DNA from: Alphaproteobacteria bacterium
GTDB lineage: Bacteria; Pseudomonadota; Alphaproteobacteria; Elsterales; Elsteraceae
DNA: 64,000 nt
Assembly (NCBI GenBank): GCA_004292755.1
Contig: RDXE01000033.1
Coordinates: forward strand, 9,961-73,960
Direction of reading: 5' to 3'
Translations under genes and position numbers: made by a program
Shown here: positions 27,559 to 37,132 of the stretch, piece by piece
Layout: every line of letters begins with the position of its first letter
Numbering within the stretch: the first letter of the stretch is position 1
The notes under the pieces: generated by a model
Database searches by the model: none
What the model saw: only the letters and a program-made list of their open reading frames with translations
Told to the model about the DNA's origin: nothing

Positions 27559-28497
27559 ATGACTGCACCCATCGTCTTTGTTGGCAAATCGACTGAGAGT
27601 GCGGAGCTTTGGCTCGCCCGCTTTCGCGAGGAGCTACCCGACGAAGTGGTGCTGAACCACCCAGATATCTCTGACCCCGCAAGCGTTGACGTTGCGATTG
27701 TCGCAGGGCCACCGCCGGGGATCCTGGCCCGATTTCCCCAACTGAAGCGGGTGGCCAGCCTGTGGGCGGGGGTGGATGCAATGCTGGGCGATCCCAGCTT
27801 TCCGAAAGGGGTTGTGCTGTCGCGTCTGGTTGATCCTGTGATGACGCGCTGGATGGTGGAAACCGCAGTGGTCCACACCTTAAGTTTCCACCGCGAGCTG
27901 CCGGACTATCGCCTGCAACAGGCCGAGGCCCGTTGGTACCAGCGGCCTGCGCGCAGACCGGAGCATCGCACGGTGGGTGTGCTGGGCCTTGGGGAGCTGG
28001 GCCTGTCGGTGGTCCGCGCGCTGCAGGGCTTTCACCTGGATGTTCAGGGCTGGAGCCGCTCGCCCAAGCGCTTGGCAGACTTGGTCACCCATGCTGGCCG
28101 CGATGGGTTGCGGGCGCTGGTGCAGCGCTCAGACATCCTGATCAACCTGCTGCCGTTGACCGAGGGGACCCGCGGTATCTTGAATGCTGAGCTGTTTGGC
28201 TGGATGCAGAGCGGCAGCGCATTGATCAATCTCGCCCGCGGTGGCCACTGTGTGGAGGCGGACTTGCTCGCCGCGCTGGATGCGGGCCGACCCCGCTGGG
28301 CCGCGCTGGATGTGACAGCCGTCGAGCCGCTGCCCGCCGATCATCCGTTCTGGCACCATCCACAGGTGATCTTGACCCCACATGTTGCAGCACTGAGCGA
28401 TGAGGACAGTGCCGCGCGGTTGGTGGCGGAGGAGATTCGCCGCTGGCGCCGTGGCGAGCCACCACTGCAGCCCGTGGACCTGTCGGCTGGGTACTGA
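27559..28497 (+). CDS. D-isomer-specific 2-hydroxyacid dehydrogenase (GhrA-like glyoxylate/hydroxypyruvate reductase)
   Basis: NAD fold VGVLGLGELGLSV, INLARGGHCVEADLLAAL, and LDVTAVEPLPADHPFWHHPQVILTPHVAA. Confidence 0.8.
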   Translation: MTAPIVFVGKSTESAELWLARFREELPDEVVLNHPDISDPASVDVAIVAGPPPGILARFPQLKRVASLWAGVDAMLGDPSFPKGVVLSRLVDPVMTRWMVETAVVHTLSFHRELPDYRLQQAEARWYQRPARRPEHRTVGVLGLGELGLSVVRALQGFHLDVQGWSRSPKRLADLVTHAGRDGLRALVQRSDILINLLPLTEGTRGILNAELFGWMQSGSALINLARGGHCVEADLLAALDAGRPRWAALDVTAVEPLPADHPFWHHPQVILTPHVAALSDEDSAARLVAEEIRRWRRGEPPLQPVDLSAGY

Positions 28498-28514
28498 CAG
28501 CAGCGCCTGCGGTA

Positions 28515-28955
28515 TCAATCCAGTTTGTAGGCGCCGATCAACAACAGCCCAACACCACCGCGGTCATTCGCCAGCGGCAGCACGATGCGCTCCCACGTCT
28601 GCATTTGCTCGCCAAACCAGGCCGTGTGGATGCGCCAAGTCGGCTTGCTGTTGTTGACGACGGAGCGATACTCCGATCGCAGAACGGCAGCCTGTTCCGG
28701 CGGCAAGGTGGCGACATCGGCGCCCGTCATGTCGACACCAAATGCCTGCTTCAGCCCGATGCCATAGAATCCATAAGTAAAGTTGCGCCGCTCCTGAACC
28801 TTGATGATCGTCAGGTTCTCTGACCACGGCATCAAGGCCGCGGAGTTTAGCGCCTTCTGGCGCGGCATTGTCTGGCCCTTGCGTTCAATGTCCCAAAAAT
28901 CGAACAGGGTTTGAATGCTCGGGTGGCGGAGGTTGTGACGGAAAAACTGCGACAT
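28515..28955 (-). CDS. PAS_5 (DUF1457-type) PAS domain protein
   Basis: 146-aa stand-alone protein with LFDFWDIERKGQTMPRQKALNSAAL...FTYGFYG...ERIVLPL, the pattern I associate with the small PAS_5 family. Confidence 0.6.
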   Translation of the reverse strand: MSQFFRHNLRHPSIQTLFDFWDIERKGQTMPRQKALNSAALMPWSENLTIIKVQERRNFTYGFYGIGLKQAFGVDMTGADVATLPPEQAAVLRSEYRSVVNNSKPTWRIHTAWFGEQMQTWERIVLPLANDRGGVGLLLIGAYKLD

Positions 28956-29046
28956 GGATCACCGATGACGGCGGCAGGGGAGACAGCGGACTCTAATGAC
29001 TTCCGCTGAGTAACGGAATCCCTTGGATGCACGCGCTGCGGTTGGA

Positions 29047-29493
29047 TCAGGCGTCGATGCCCAGAACCGTTGCCAGTTCCGCCAGCACCAGTTCCTCTGC
29101 CGTGCCAGCGGGGCCATCGGCATGGGCCATGGCGCGTGCCACGGTCAGAACCGTGGCGGCCGCATGGGGTAGGTGCGCCACGGCAGCAACCCGCTCCAGC
29201 GCTTCGCCACGCCCCCAGGGGGCAGCAAGGATGGTTTGGGCATGACGCTGAAACTGAGTGGCGGCTTCCAGGGCATCGAATGCCCGCAACGCGTCGCACG
29301 AGCGGGTGGTCGCCGTTAGACACACCTTCTCCGCACCGCAGACACGTTGGTCGGCCAGAGCCACCAGCGCTGCAGCAGCCGTAACGGCATCCAGCAGGGT
29401 GCGATCATAAAAGCGCAAGGACGACAGGCTGGAGCCTTGGCCCTTCAGCCCCCCGGATCGGCCATCGGCGTCCCAACCAGCATCGTCACGCAT
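29047..29493 (-). CDS. TerB-family (tellurite-resistance-like) protein
   Basis: Two helical half-repeats ending in ...ALVALADQRVCGAEK... and ...VARAMAHADGPAGTAEELVLAELATVLGI. Confidence 0.55.
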   Translation of the reverse strand: MRDDAGWDADGRSGGLKGQGSSLSSLRFYDRTLLDAVTAAAALVALADQRVCGAEKVCLTATTRSCDALRAFDALEAATQFQRHAQTILAAPWGRGEALERVAAVAHLPHAAATVLTVARAMAHADGPAGTAEELVLAELATVLGIDA

Positions 29494-29708
29494 TGTTCAC
29501 CCCTGATCCCGACTGAGACAGCCGCCTAATCCAACGCCACCCGCGAACCCCACGGTAGTATCCGGCAGTTACTGGCTTTTTGATGGCCGACTAGCGACAT
29601 ACAAAAGCCCACGCGAAAATCGTGCCAACCCCTCGAGCGATCACGCAAGCAGATTTCGCGCGTTGGCAGGAGATTTTTTGCAACTGAGTTTGTTTCAGGA
29701 CGGATTCG

Positions 29709-29981
29709 TCATGACCAAGGCTGCTGACTGAGCCAACTGATCGCAGCCATGCCCAGGGTTCCAATCACCCAGATCCAGGCGACCAGCGTGCGATAGCGGG
29801 GCTTAAACCCCACCATCAGCCACACCACGCCTGCGATGGTTCCAGCCGTCGCAAGGTCGATGGCGGCATCCAGCACAGCGCCCACCGGGCCTAGGGCAGG
29901 TTGATAGTTCACCGTCACTGCAGCCAGCAGCGAGACCAGCGGCAGCCAGATCGGCAGGGTCTGGATCCACCGAGGCGTCAT
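29709..29981 (-). CDS. small membrane protein (90 aa, 3 predicted TM segments)
   Basis: MTPRWIQTLPIWLPLVSLLAAVTV...AGTIAGVVWLMVGF...LVAWIWVIGTLGMAAISWL. No clear RBS. The longer track ORF is implausible. Confidence 0.4.
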   Translation of the reverse strand: MTPRWIQTLPIWLPLVSLLAAVTVNYQPALGPVGAVLDAAIDLATAGTIAGVVWLMVGFKPRYRTLVAWIWVIGTLGMAAISWLSQQPWS

Positions 29982-30100
29982 CGGCGGCAGAACACCCGAA
30001 CCGGTTGCCCTGCGCAAGGCCGAGGCATCTCCCCAGGGTGGTGAGCCCTTGCTCCCTACCTCTGTCTTGCCCATCCTGTCGCCGTCCAGGAGGGATACCG

Positions 30101-31756
30101 ATGGCGACCATTCATGAGCTGAACGATCAAGCGCTGGAGCTCCAGAAAGATAAGCAATTTGCAGACGCTGAGGCGATCTTCCAGCAAGTCCTGGGGCGTG
30201 ATCCCGTAAATCGAGTCGCTCTGTTTGGAGTTGCCTACTGTCGTGACATGCAGGGGGATCGGGCTGGTGCCAAACGCAGATATGGTGAGGCAATTGCAAA
30301 GGATCCATGGTTGCTTGAAGCCGCAATCAATCTAGCGAACCTGGAAGAAATGGACAATAATATCGAAGATTCCATCCGGCTTACGCAAGAAACATTGAAA
30401 ATTAACCCATCGAATCCCAAAATCTGGTTACTCTTGGCGGCGCGACTTGTGATCGGTAAACGCTTTGATGAGGCGAATTCAGCCTATCAAAAAGCGATGG
30501 GATATGCACCTAAAGACACAAAAATACTCCTTCAATACTATTTTTTCCTCTTATCAATTGGCCGCGCCGCCGAGACCCAGCCCCTGATTGATGCCGCAGT
30601 CTCAGCGAATCCAAATGACCTCGGTGTTCTTCAAGCCGCTGGTGAGATCGCCCAACAGACGGGTCGACTGCAGGATGCTGTTAACTACTACACAAGGATA
30701 TTAAAGATTGACCCTTTCAACCCAGACGCATGCATGAATCTTGCAATGATCCTCGATGTCTCTGGACGGCGGGAAGAAGCAAAACAGATCAGATCGCGCG
30801 GACTGTCGCGCAGTCGTGTTTTTAAGCAAAAATTCCCAAGCAGTGCCAGCTCGCATAAGATATTGGTTCTTGAGGCTCCAGAAGGTGGCATGTCATCGGG
30901 AAATTTATTTCCAGATGAACATTATGAAAAGACACGGTTAATTCTGGAGCCTGGGCTCAACAAACTACCCGAAGAGCTCGGTCAATTTGATCTGGTCGTG
31001 AATGGCCTGTGTGAGATAGATCACCCGCTTCAGGCAGAAGCTGCTGCCATGGTGGCGCTGCTGGGCAGGGTTTGTTTGAATGCCCCGGTTCTGGGTGAAC
31101 GGCGCGGTCGCTGCGACTTGGAGTATCTGGTTGGCGGGATTGACCGATTGTCGACGATACCGGTCAGGCGGGTTCCTAGCGCACTGCTGATGAGCGAGGC
31201 TGTCCCAGCCTGGGTCCGTCCTGTGGCGATGCCCTACATCGCGAACTGGGTGCTGATTCCAGATGTGCAGACCCTTGCGGCTGTGGCTCAGCAATTGGGG
31301 TGCGACTGGTTTGACTATACCCCGATCCCTGCCATCCAAGGCAGCGATGGCCTCACGCGGGTGATCAGAGCGACGGCGATTGGTGGGGAGATTCGCCCCT
31401 ATCGTCTACTGGCCTCGCATCTTCCATGTATTGATCCGAGCGGACAGCTCGTTGCTCAGGAAGTTTGGTTGGCTGCAGAAGAAAAAGGACTTATCGAGAC
31501 TGCTGACAAGTTCCTACCACCAATCATGGGGCAGGCTCTCTATCGTTTTGTCCAGAGATTGAATCTGGATTTAGCAGTGATCGATTTCGTCTATGACAGT
31601 CATCGGCTGTTAGTTCTGGACGTGATGCCCTATCCAGTTTTTCTGTCGAAACTGCAGGCGCCTCACCTTGAGCATCAAGCAAGTGCAGACAGAGCCTTGT
31701 TCCAGTCCATTAACCGGTTGGTAGAATCTAAGCTTGCGAAGGCGGTGACGTCATGA
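30101..31756 (+). CDS. TPR-repeat protein with C-terminal ATP-grasp-like domain (inferred), low-GC gene
   Basis: The N-terminal 250 aa contain several 34-aa TPR units (AEAIFQQVLGRDPVNRVALFGVAYC..., AVNYYTRILKIDPFNPDACMNLAMIL). The C-terminal 300 aa loosely resemble TPR-linked ATP-grasp proteins (IRATAIGGEIRPYRLLASH..., LDLAVIDFVYDSHRLLVLDV). GGAGGG lies 6 nt before the ATG. Confidence 0.6.
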   Translation: MATIHELNDQALELQKDKQFADAEAIFQQVLGRDPVNRVALFGVAYCRDMQGDRAGAKRRYGEAIAKDPWLLEAAINLANLEEMDNNIEDSIRLTQETLKINPSNPKIWLLLAARLVIGKRFDEANSAYQKAMGYAPKDTKILLQYYFFLLSIGRAAETQPLIDAAVSANPNDLGVLQAAGEIAQQTGRLQDAVNYYTRILKIDPFNPDACMNLAMILDVSGRREEAKQIRSRGLSRSRVFKQKFPSSASSHKILVLEAPEGGMSSGNLFPDEHYEKTRLILEPGLNKLPEELGQFDLVVNGLCEIDHPLQAEAAAMVALLGRVCLNAPVLGERRGRCDLEYLVGGIDRLSTIPVRRVPSALLMSEAVPAWVRPVAMPYIANWVLIPDVQTLAAVAQQLGCDWFDYTPIPAIQGSDGLTRVIRATAIGGEIRPYRLLASHLPCIDPSGQLVAQEVWLAAEEKGLIETADKFLPPIMGQALYRFVQRLNLDLAVIDFVYDSHRLLVLDVMPYPVFLSKLQAPHLEHQASADRALFQSINRLVESKLAKAVTS

Positions 31757-32142
31757 CTGAGGGCCTGGTTGACTTCGCCACGCTTCAGCTCCCCGACCGA
31801 CCCAGCCGTTGGCTGATCGCCCCGGTCGGGGCAACGGCTGCGACACCCGATGCCGTAGCCCCCCCGTTCCCTTTGCTCTCAGCCGATGAATTGGCGGACC
31901 GGTTGGAGACGGAACTCGCATCACTGGAACGGACGACCCGCATTGCGCGCGTGGGTCGGCGGATGGCGTTTGTCCAGCGGAGCCGGGTGTTTCAGTTCCC
32001 TGACGCCATCGCAGCCGAAGCCATTGCGTTGCCGGACGGTGGCTCGGCACCGATTCTCTATTCGGTGTCGCGCGTCGGCTATTTTGATTTCGGGGTCAAT
32101 CGGGCGCGGCTGGAAGCGCTGCTGGATCGTCTGCGCCGCTAG
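31753..32142 (+). CDS. DUF1499 domain protein
   Basis: FVQRSRVFQFPDAIAAE...YSVSRVGYFDFGVNRARLEALL matches my recollection of DUF1499. ATGA overlap with the TPR gene. Confidence 0.6.
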   Translation: MTEGLVDFATLQLPDRPSRWLIAPVGATAATPDAVAPPFPLLSADELADRLETELASLERTTRIARVGRRMAFVQRSRVFQFPDAIAAEAIALPDGGSAPILYSVSRVGYFDFGVNRARLEALLDRLRR

Positions 32143-33574
32143 CGGGCGCGCGCCGATCCCGCCCGGTTGAGATCGCAGCGCTGCCAAAGGTGAGGCTGAA
32201 GATCGCACCGCCGCCAACACGGTCGTTCAGGCGCACCGTGCCGCCATGGCGTTTCATGATCTCCAACGCGATGCTCAGGCCAAGCCCAGCGCCGCCATGG
32301 CGCGAGTCCAGGCGGCTGCCGCGGAAGCGGGCAAACACGGCTGCCTTCTCGCGGTCAGGCACACCGGGGCCACGGTCGAGGACGAGGATCGCGCCAGCGC
32401 GCACCTCCACCTCGACGCTGCTGTCTGGGGTGGTGAAGCCAATCGCGTTGTCGATCAAGTTGCTCAACGCTTCAATCAAGGCCGCGCGATCCCCTCGCAC
32501 CCAGACTGGGGCGGGATAGGCGCTGAGGGCCAGCCGCCGCCCATGGGCGTGGGCGAGTGGCGCCAGCTGTGACACCACCTCCGCGGCCAAATCATTGATC
32601 TCCAAGGTTGCTGAAAGGTCGAACACCTGCCCCTCCAGCCGGGCGACGGAGAGGAGTTGCGAGACAATCCGACCGATTCGCCGGACATCGGCCTTCAAAG
32701 CCGCTTGCCCCTCGAACGGTCCCAGACTGTCTAGGCGGGCGGCGATCACGGCCAGTGGTGTTCGCAGTTGATGCGCCGCATCAGCCGTAAACCGTCGCTG
32801 CATGGCGAAGCCATCATCCAGGCGCGCCAGCGCGTCATTCAGCGCTTGCACAAGAGGGTGGAGCTCCAGCGGGACGGCTTCCAGAGGCAAGCGAAAATCC
32901 GCCCGCATCGGCCCAATGTGGGCCGCGTGGCGCGACAGCATGTCCAGCGGGTCAAGGGCACGGTTGATCGCAACCACGGCCAGCACGCTGAACAGCACGA
33001 CGGCCGGCACCAGCAGCACCGCTGCATGGATCACTTGGTCGGTCACGACACTGTCCAGCACCCTGGTGTCGCGGTGGGGGGTGTCCGCCACTGTGACCAA
33101 CACAGGCTCACCTCCCATCATCACCCGCCGGGTTAGGGCATAGACCGGCATGCCGGTCAGCAACCCCTCGGGGTCATCGGCGGTTTGCTCCAGCGGCGGG
33201 GCGCCCAACAAAGGAGAAAGTTGCACCACCGCCAACGGCGGCAGACTGGCCAGTGTTTCGTGATTGTCGGCATCGCGGATCACCATCATCCGGGTGCCGG
33301 TGCGGTAGTCATGGCGCAGTTCCTGCGGCAGCCCATCGATGCCGTACCGGTGAATGGGCTCCAGGAACAACCGCACTTGATCCAGCTGTCGCCTGAGCGA
33401 AAGTTCGCGGACTTCGGCACTGGTACCACCGAGGGTGACCGCCAGAATCAACAACACTGTACAGCACAGTGCCGCCATCAGCACCGTCAGTCGTAAAACC
33501 AGTCGATTTGCGATCGAAGGGATGGGTGTGCCCTCAGGCAAGGAAATAGCCGACACCGCGCACGGTTTGAACAC
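32096..33574 (-). CDS. sensor histidine kinase (two TM, HAMP-like linker, HisKA, HATPase)
   Basis: H-box FTADAAHQLRTPLAVI, N-box LIDNAIGFT, G-boxes DRGPGV and GGAGLGLSI. The start is uncertain, since it overlaps the response regulator stop by up to 41 nt. Confidence 0.85.
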   Translation of the reverse strand: MFKPCAVSAISLPEGTPIPSIANRLVLRLTVLMAALCCTVLLILAVTLGGTSAEVRELSLRRQLDQVRLFLEPIHRYGIDGLPQELRHDYRTGTRMMVIRDADNHETLASLPPLAVVQLSPLLGAPPLEQTADDPEGLLTGMPVYALTRRVMMGGEPVLVTVADTPHRDTRVLDSVVTDQVIHAAVLLVPAVVLFSVLAVVAINRALDPLDMLSRHAAHIGPMRADFRLPLEAVPLELHPLVQALNDALARLDDGFAMQRRFTADAAHQLRTPLAVIAARLDSLGPFEGQAALKADVRRIGRIVSQLLSVARLEGQVFDLSATLEINDLAAEVVSQLAPLAHAHGRRLALSAYPAPVWVRGDRAALIEALSNLIDNAIGFTTPDSSVEVEVRAGAILVLDRGPGVPDREKAAVFARFRGSRLDSRHGGAGLGLSIALEIMKRHGGTVRLNDRVGGGAIFSLTFGSAAISTGRDRRAPASGADDPAALPAAPD

Positions 33575-34199
33575 TAACCGTGGCTGACGCGTCCTCTAGT
33601 TTCCGACGCAGACGATGGACGGCCACTTCAATGGAGTTGGCAGACACTTCGTCATCATGGCTGTACAGACTGTCTTCAATCACAGATTTGGCCAGCACTT
33701 TCCCCTCTCGTCGCATCAACAGCTCCAGCAACGCCATTTCGCGGCGTGTCAGCAACACGGCGGCTCCGGCCACTTCAACGGAGCGATTGACGGTATCGAG
33801 GGCGATGTTGCCTGCCTCAAGAATGGCCCCCAACACGCCACGCGGGCGCCGCAGCAGGGCTTTGACGCGCGCGACCAACTCGTCCATGTCAAAGGGCTTC
33901 AGCATGTAGTCATCCGCCCCGGCGTTGAGGCCTGCGATGCGATCGGCGACGGCATCGCGGGCGGTGAGCATCAACACAGGTGTCCGATCGCCTTGTGCGC
34001 GCCGCTCCTTCACAAGGTCAAGGCCATCGGCATCGGGCAGGCGGCGGTCGACCACAGCAACATCGTAGCGCACGGTCCGCCACGCTGCAGCTGCGGTGTC
34101 GCAATCCACGGCGCAATCCACGGCGATTCCCGCCCGTTCCAGCGCCCGGGCGATGAGTTGAGATAAGTCTGTCTCGTCTTCAATCAGCAGCAGGCGCAT
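33534..34199 (-). CDS. OmpR-family response regulator
   Basis: MRLLLIEDE..., phospho-acceptor context VAVVDRRLPDADG, LMLTA, KPF, and a winged helix ending TVRGVGYFL. Confidence 0.9.
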   Translation of the reverse strand: MRLLLIEDETDLSQLIARALERAGIAVDCAVDCDTAAAAWRTVRYDVAVVDRRLPDADGLDLVKERRAQGDRTPVLMLTARDAVADRIAGLNAGADDYMLKPFDMDELVARVKALLRRPRGVLGAILEAGNIALDTVNRSVEVAGAAVLLTRREMALLELLMRREGKVLAKSVIEDSLYSHDDEVSANSIEVAVHRLRRKLEDASATVSVQTVRGVGYFLA

Positions 34200-34372
34200 G
34201 GCAACGCACTCGGAGCGGCAGGCGCTGGGCTAGCGCCGCGGTATAGTGTTCGCACTCGCCAGATTTGGGGAGGTGCGATTTCGCCCCGTCAGCTGTCGGC
34301 GGAGGGGCTGGTCGCCGCGCTTGGCTCTTCGTACACTTGCGCGCTGTTCTCCCTCCTGATCCGGACCCCCCG

Positions 34373-35935
34373 ATGCTGCAGAGTATGCCACGCCGTCCAG
34401 TGGTTTTGACCATTCTCGATGGCTGGGGCCTCGCCCCGGCTGGGGCAACCAATGCCATCGCCGCGGCGCGGACCCCTGTGTTTGACCGTCTGATGGCCAC
34501 GTGCCCGACGGGGCAGCTGGACGCGTCGGAAGGCAAGGTCGGCCTGCCTGACGGGCAGATGGGCAATTCCGAGGTGGGGCACATGAATTTGGGTGCCGGT
34601 CGCGTGGTCATGCAGGACCTACCGCGGTTGGACGCTGCGGTGCGCGACGGCAGTCTGATGGACCGCCCAGCCATTCAGCGGGCAATCCAGGCGCTCACCG
34701 CGTCCGGTGGGCGCTGCCATCTCCTGGGGCTGGTGTCACCCGGTGGGGTTCACAGTCACCAGTCCCATTTGATCGCCTTGGCGCGGGGCTTTGCGGCGGC
34801 CGGTGTGCCCGTGGTGCTGCACGCGGTGCTGGATGGCCGCGACACACCGCCGCGCAGTGCGGCGGGCTATGTGAGTGCAGTGGAGGCAGCCCTGGCCGAT
34901 TGCCCTGGTGTGACCATCGGCACCGTGATCGGTCGCTTCTACGCGATGGATCGTGACAGGCGCTGGGATCGGGTGGAGGCTGCTTGGCGCTGTCTTGTCC
35001 TAGGGGAGGGGCAGCCAGCGGACACCGCCGCGGCGGCCATCGCAGCCAGCTATGCCCAGGATCAGTCCGATGAGTTTGTGCGACCAACCGTGTTGGCGGG
35101 GTATCGCGCAATGGCCGATGGCGATGGTTTGGTGATGGGCAATTTCCGCGCCGACCGGGCGCGGGAGATCTTGCACGCCCTGCTCGACCCCGGCTTCGAC
35201 AGTTTTGTCCGTCCGGTCCAGCCGCGCTTTGCGGCGGCCGTGGGACTGGTGGAATACTCAACTGCGCTCAACGCGCTGGTCGATACCGCCTTCCCCGCCG
35301 AACGACTGGACCACACCCTGGGCCAAGTGGTGGCCGCGGCTGGTCGCCGTCAACTGCGGATCGCCGAGACGGAGAAGTACGCGCACGTTACCTTCTTCTT
35401 CAATGGCGGCGAAGAAACCGTGTTTGAGGGGGAAGAGCGCATCCTGATCCCCTCGCCCAAGGTTGCGACATACGATCTGGCGCCAGAGATGTCGGCTGAG
35501 GCTGTGACCGACCAGGTGGTGGCCGCCATCGCCTCTGACCGGTTCGACCTGATCGTGTTGAACTATGCCAACACCGATCAAGTCGGCCATTCCGGCGTGT
35601 TTGAGGCCGCTGTCCGCGCCGTGGAGGTGGTGGACCACTGCCTTGGCCGGGTGGAGGCCGCGGTGCGCGCCGCGGGGGGTGCCATGCTGGTCACAGCCGA
35701 TCATGGCAACGTGGAGCAGATGTGGGACCCGGATACTGCCGGGCCGCACACCGCCCACACGCTCAACCCCGTGCCTGCAATTCTGGTCAATGGCCCAGCC
35801 GATGTGGAGGGGTTAGAGACTGGCTGTTTGGCGGATGTGGCCCCCACTCTTCTGGCGTTGATGGGACTGGCAGCGCCCCCGGTGATGACCGGTCGCTCCT
35901 TGCTTCGCCAGAGCATCGCGCGTCGCGCGGGATGA
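34373..35935 (+). CDS. gpmI: 2,3-bisphosphoglycerate-independent phosphoglycerate mutase
   Basis: PVVLTILDGWG, GQMGNSEVGHMNLGAGR, SPGGVHSH, ETEKYAHVTFFFNGG, LNYANTDQVGHSG and TADHGN. ATG 34385 is an alternative start. Confidence 0.92.
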   Translation: MLQSMPRRPVVLTILDGWGLAPAGATNAIAAARTPVFDRLMATCPTGQLDASEGKVGLPDGQMGNSEVGHMNLGAGRVVMQDLPRLDAAVRDGSLMDRPAIQRAIQALTASGGRCHLLGLVSPGGVHSHQSHLIALARGFAAAGVPVVLHAVLDGRDTPPRSAAGYVSAVEAALADCPGVTIGTVIGRFYAMDRDRRWDRVEAAWRCLVLGEGQPADTAAAAIAASYAQDQSDEFVRPTVLAGYRAMADGDGLVMGNFRADRAREILHALLDPGFDSFVRPVQPRFAAAVGLVEYSTALNALVDTAFPAERLDHTLGQVVAAAGRRQLRIAETEKYAHVTFFFNGGEETVFEGEERILIPSPKVATYDLAPEMSAEAVTDQVVAAIASDRFDLIVLNYANTDQVGHSGVFEAAVRAVEVVDHCLGRVEAAVRAAGGAMLVTADHGNVEQMWDPDTAGPHTAHTLNPVPAILVNGPADVEGLETGCLADVAPTLLALMGLAAPPVMTGRSLLRQSIARRAG

Positions 35936-37131
35936 GCCAGGGCTGGTCCTGGGTGGTGGGGGTGTTGGTGGTGCTGATGGCAGCGCCGCCCGCCGCAGCC
36001 CAGCGGCCACCAACCGAGGATGGCGCGCGCCAAAACCTGCGGCAGATGGAGCAGGAATTGCAGCAGGCGCGCGACCGCCGCTTGCAGTTGGAGCGCGACC
36101 GAGCCGGGGTGCGCGCCGAACTGGCGGTCCTGCGGGATCGGCTGGTGGCAGCCGGGCGCACCACGGCCGATAGCGAGCGGACGGTGAGCGAGCTGGAGGC
36201 AGCGCTTCAGCGCACGGAAGCCGATCGGGACCGTCGTCAGGCCGAATTGCAGCGCCGCCAGAGCGATCTGACGGCATTGGCCATCGCCGCCCAACGCCTT
36301 GCGGCGCAACCTCCCGATGCCATGTTCGCCCTGCCGCAAGCCCCCGTCGATACCGTGCGCACAGCCCTCCTGCTGCGCTCAGCCCTGCCGCAGATTGACG
36401 CAAGGATGGCAACGCTTCGGCGCGACTTGGCCGAGTTGGCGCAAAGTGAGGAAACCATCCGCGCCCAGCGTGATCTGGTTCGCGCGGCCGCCAGCCGCTT
36501 GGTTGGCGAGCGCCGCCAGCTGGACCAGCTGATTCGTCAGCGCCAAGCGCTGGAGCAGCGCCTGGAGGAGGAGTCCGGCACCGAAGAACGTCGGGTCGCC
36601 CGGCTGGCCGCCGGAACGCGTGACCTGCGCGATCTGGTGGATCGCCTGGCTGCGGAGCGTCAAGCCGAAGAGCGTCGCCGCCAGGAGCAACAGCGCCGCC
36701 AGGAAGAGGCGCGGCGCCTGGAGCAGGAGCGCCAGCGCGACGAATTGGCGCAAGGGCGCGGCATGCCTGCGGCTGGGCGGATTGTCGCAGGCTTCGGCGT
36801 TGCGACCGAAGGCGGACAGAACACGCGCGGCTTGACCTTAGAAACCCGTGACGGTGCCACAGTTTTGGCACCGGCGCCGGGAACAGTCGTGTTTGCCGAT
36901 ACCTATCGCGGCTATGGGCTGATGTTGATCCTGGAGCATCGCGGTGGCTACCATTCGATTCTGTCAGGGCTGGCGCGGCTGGATGTCGGTGTCGGCAAAG
37001 CCCTGCGAACGGGGGAGCCGATTGGGGTGATGGGCAGAAGCGCGGATCGCACCACATCTTTGTATTTTGAGGTGCGCCGCAGCGGACAGCCGGTCAATCC
37101 GCAACCTTGGCTCGCCGACCGTGCGAGGTGA
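35932..37131 (+). CDS. EnvC-like murein hydrolase activator (coiled coil plus M23/LytM domain)
   Basis: Signal-like MSQGWSWVVGVLVVLMAAPPAAAQ, long Arg/Glu/Gln-rich coiled coil, and a C-terminal LytM domain (GYGLMLILEHRGGYHSILSGL...LYFEVRRSGQPVNP). ATGA overlap with gpmI. Confidence 0.8.
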   Translation: MSQGWSWVVGVLVVLMAAPPAAAQRPPTEDGARQNLRQMEQELQQARDRRLQLERDRAGVRAELAVLRDRLVAAGRTTADSERTVSELEAALQRTEADRDRRQAELQRRQSDLTALAIAAQRLAAQPPDAMFALPQAPVDTVRTALLLRSALPQIDARMATLRRDLAELAQSEETIRAQRDLVRAAASRLVGERRQLDQLIRQRQALEQRLEEESGTEERRVARLAAGTRDLRDLVDRLAAERQAEERRRQEQQRRQEEARRLEQERQRDELAQGRGMPAAGRIVAGFGVATEGGQNTRGLTLETRDGATVLAPAPGTVVFADTYRGYGLMLILEHRGGYHSILSGLARLDVGVGKALRTGEPIGVMGRSADRTTSLYFEVRRSGQPVNPQPWLADRAR

Positions 37132-37132
37132 A

